Shown piece after piece: positions 62,699-64,000 of a stretch of 64,000 bases of DNA. How positions within the stretch are numbered: the stretch's first letter is position 1; the number at the start of each line of letters is the position of its first letter. The DNA comes from Actinomycetota bacterium (lineage in GTDB: Bacteria; Actinomycetota; Actinomycetes; S36-B12), in the NCBI GenBank assembly GCA_009699015.1, contig WLOY01000001.1:414-64413 (forward strand), in the 5' to 3' direction. The position numbers and the translations under genes are program-made. The notes beneath the pieces are model-generated. The model worked only from the letters and a program-made list of their open reading frames with translations. It had not been told where the DNA came from and did not search any database.

Positions 62699-63046
62699 AT
62701 GCGGCTCAACCCTGCAGCCATCGTCTACCTCGGCCTCGCGGCCATCGGACTCGTCGGCACGGCGTATTTCAACGTCACGGGGTTCACTGGGCTCAGCGGC
62801 AACTTCTTCGCGGCGTGGTTTGCGAACCCGGCGGTCTCATCGCTCAGCGTCGACCTCCTCGTTTCGGCCAGTGCCGCCTCGATCTTCATCATCCTCGAGG
62901 GCAGCCGGCTGGGCATGAAGTGGCCGTGGCTCTACGTGCTCGGCTCCTTCGTCACGGCAGTCGCGTTCACCCTCCCGCTCTTCCTCGCCATGCGCGAACG
63001 GCATTTGAGCGCCGACTCCGGTGGCCGACTCGATTCAGCCGACTAG
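62699..63046 (+). CDS. small membrane protein (DUF2834-like)
   Basis: 115 aa, four hydrophobic helices; the family guess is weak. Confidence 0.45.
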   Translation: MRLNPAAIVYLGLAAIGLVGTAYFNVTGFTGLSGNFFAAWFANPAVSSLSVDLLVSASAASIFIILEGSRLGMKWPWLYVLGSFVTAVAFTLPLFLAMRERHLSADSGGRLDSAD

Positions 63047-63052
63047 GGTCAG

Positions 63053-63733
63053 GTGGTGGCAAAGTCCCTCGAAGAGCTCGTGCACCCAACCTGGCTCCCC
63101 GTCCTTTGGGAGCAGCAGGAGAACCTGACCCAGATCGGCGAGTTCCTGCGCAGCGAGCAGGCTGCTGGCCGGCCTTGGTGCCCTGGCGGCCAGCACATCC
63201 TTCGCGCCTTCGAGCAGCCCCTGACGGACGTGCGCGTCCTCATCACGGGCCAGGATCCGTATCCCACGCCGGGCCACGCCGTCGGACTGTCGTTCTCGGT
63301 CGCGGCCGACGTCCGGCCCCTTCCCCGCAGCCTGCAGAACATCTTCAAGGAGCTCGCAAGCGACCTCGACGTCGCTATCCCGTCCAGCGGCGACCTCACC
63401 CCCTGGGCCGAGCAGGGTGTTCTTCTCCTCAACCGCGTGCTCACGGTCGGGTCAGGCGAGCCCGGTAGTCACCGCGGGATCGGGTGGGAGGCCTTCACCG
63501 AGGCAGCCATCCGAGGCCTCGTCGAGCGGCTCGAGGAGCCCCTGGTCGCGATTCTGTGGGGCAAGGACGCCCAGTCGCTCACCGGAATCCTCGAGGACGT
63601 GCCGGTCATCGAGAGCGCCCACCCCAGCCCGCTGTCAGCGGACCGCGGGTTCTTCGGGAGCCGGCCGTTCAGCCAGGCGAACGAGTTCCTCGACGATCTC
63701 GGCGGCGAGCCAGTCAGTTGGGCGTTGCCGTAG
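63053..63733 (+). CDS. ung: uracil-DNA glycosylase (family 1)
   Basis: [18 protein letters not shown] water-activating loop and the HPSPLSA motif. Confidence 0.9.
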   Translation: MVAKSLEELVHPTWLPVLWEQQENLTQIGEFLRSEQAAGRPWCPGGQHILRAFEQPLTDVRVLITGQDPYPTPGHAVGLSFSVAADVRPLPRSLQNIFKELASDLDVAIPSSGDLTPWAEQGVLLLNRVLTVGSGEPGSHRGIGWEAFTEAAIRGLVERLEEPLVAILWGKDAQSLTGILEDVPVIESAHPSPLSADRGFFGSRPFSQANEFLDDLGGEPVSWALP

Positions 63734-63998
63734 CCATCCGCGCAGCAACGTCCTTATGGACGAAGCGCTCCGCGACGAACGACATGAACGGCACCGTGCC
63801 GGCCAGCAGGATGAGCACGGTCTTGCCCAGCGGATACCGAAGCCGGAATGCCAGGTCGACGCCGACGATCAGGTAGATGAAGTACAGCCAGCCGTGCGCG
63901 GTCCAGAGGCTGCGGTAGAGCCCGGGCTTCACATCGGTATTCGCGTAGTCGAGGAAGCCGTAGCCGACCACGAGCCAGATGGTGAGTGCGCCGAGCAC
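63714..63998 (-). CDS. DUF3817-like integral membrane protein (start may lie beyond the window)
   Basis: Hydrophobic helices, [12 protein letters not shown] motif. The ORF runs to the window edge. Confidence 0.45.
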   Translation of the reverse strand: MLGALTIWLVVGYGFLDYANTDVKPGLYRSLWTAHGWLYFIYLIVGVDLAFRLRYPLGKTVLILLAGTVPFMSFVAERFVHKDVAARMATATPN

Positions 63999-64000
63999 GA

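Noticed and set aside
1-64000. Search for rRNA, tRNA, CRISPR arrays and long direct or inverted DNA repeats
   Set aside because: I saw no T-loop/anticodon-arm structures, no spaced identical repeats and no rRNA-like conserved blocks. Apart from the 24-nt linker repeats and short operator-like boxes, repetition is at the protein-paralog level only. A computational scan would be needed to be certain.

Overview
GC-rich, densely coding bacterial window. Gene content, frequent GTG starts, ATGA-type start/stop overlaps and a lipoprotein solute-binding protein suggest Actinomycetota; I cannot assign it more finely. I support about 64 protein-coding genes and one decayed IS30-family transposase. I saw no rRNA, tRNA or CRISPR array. 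Positions ~1.1-58.5 kb read as one very large catabolic island for an (ali)cyclic ketone or a branched, terpenoid- or steroid-like acyl-CoA substrate. It holds 4 acyl-CoA synthetases, a family-III CoA-transferase, 7 SDRs, 4 crotonases (one MenB/BadI-like) and 3 acyl-CoA dehydrogenase genes (one alpha/beta pair). It also holds a MaoC hydratase, a type-I Baeyer-Villiger monooxygenase, a ChrR-like cupin, 2 luciferase-like oxidoreductases, an SMP-30 lactonase, 3 paralogous cyclase-family proteins and an aldehyde dehydrogenase. Transport and regulation are covered by a CUT2-type ABC importer and four regulators (IclR, TetR, a degenerate GAF-AAA+-Fis protein, an orphan wHTH protein). Two gene sets are the best candidates for undescribed biology. 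(1) A tightly coupled six-gene operon (18333-25792, minus strand) encodes a split PPDK/PEP-synthase-like phosphotransfer system: an ATP-grasp plus phosphohistidine protein lacking the PEP/pyruvate barrel, a separate swivel-domain protein, and a 548-aa orphan. It also carries a luciferase-like oxidoreductase, a KstD-like flavoprotein and a terminal histidine phosphatase. (2) A three-part biotin carboxylase (BC, BCCP, 5S/pyruvate-carboxylase-type carboxyltransferase) is wired divergently to an operon of Cys-less thiolase-fold pairs, a tandem DUF35 protein and a crotonase. A recurring GTTTGGTA/TACCAAAC-type box in at least seven promoter regions, and two promoters sharing an identical 12-mer, suggest the sub-operons form one regulon. 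The last ~5.5 kb (58.5-64 kb) looks like ordinary housekeeping DNA (AI-2E transporter, SDR, AlkD-like protein, YqhA, ung). All family calls are motif recognition by eye, with no database search.
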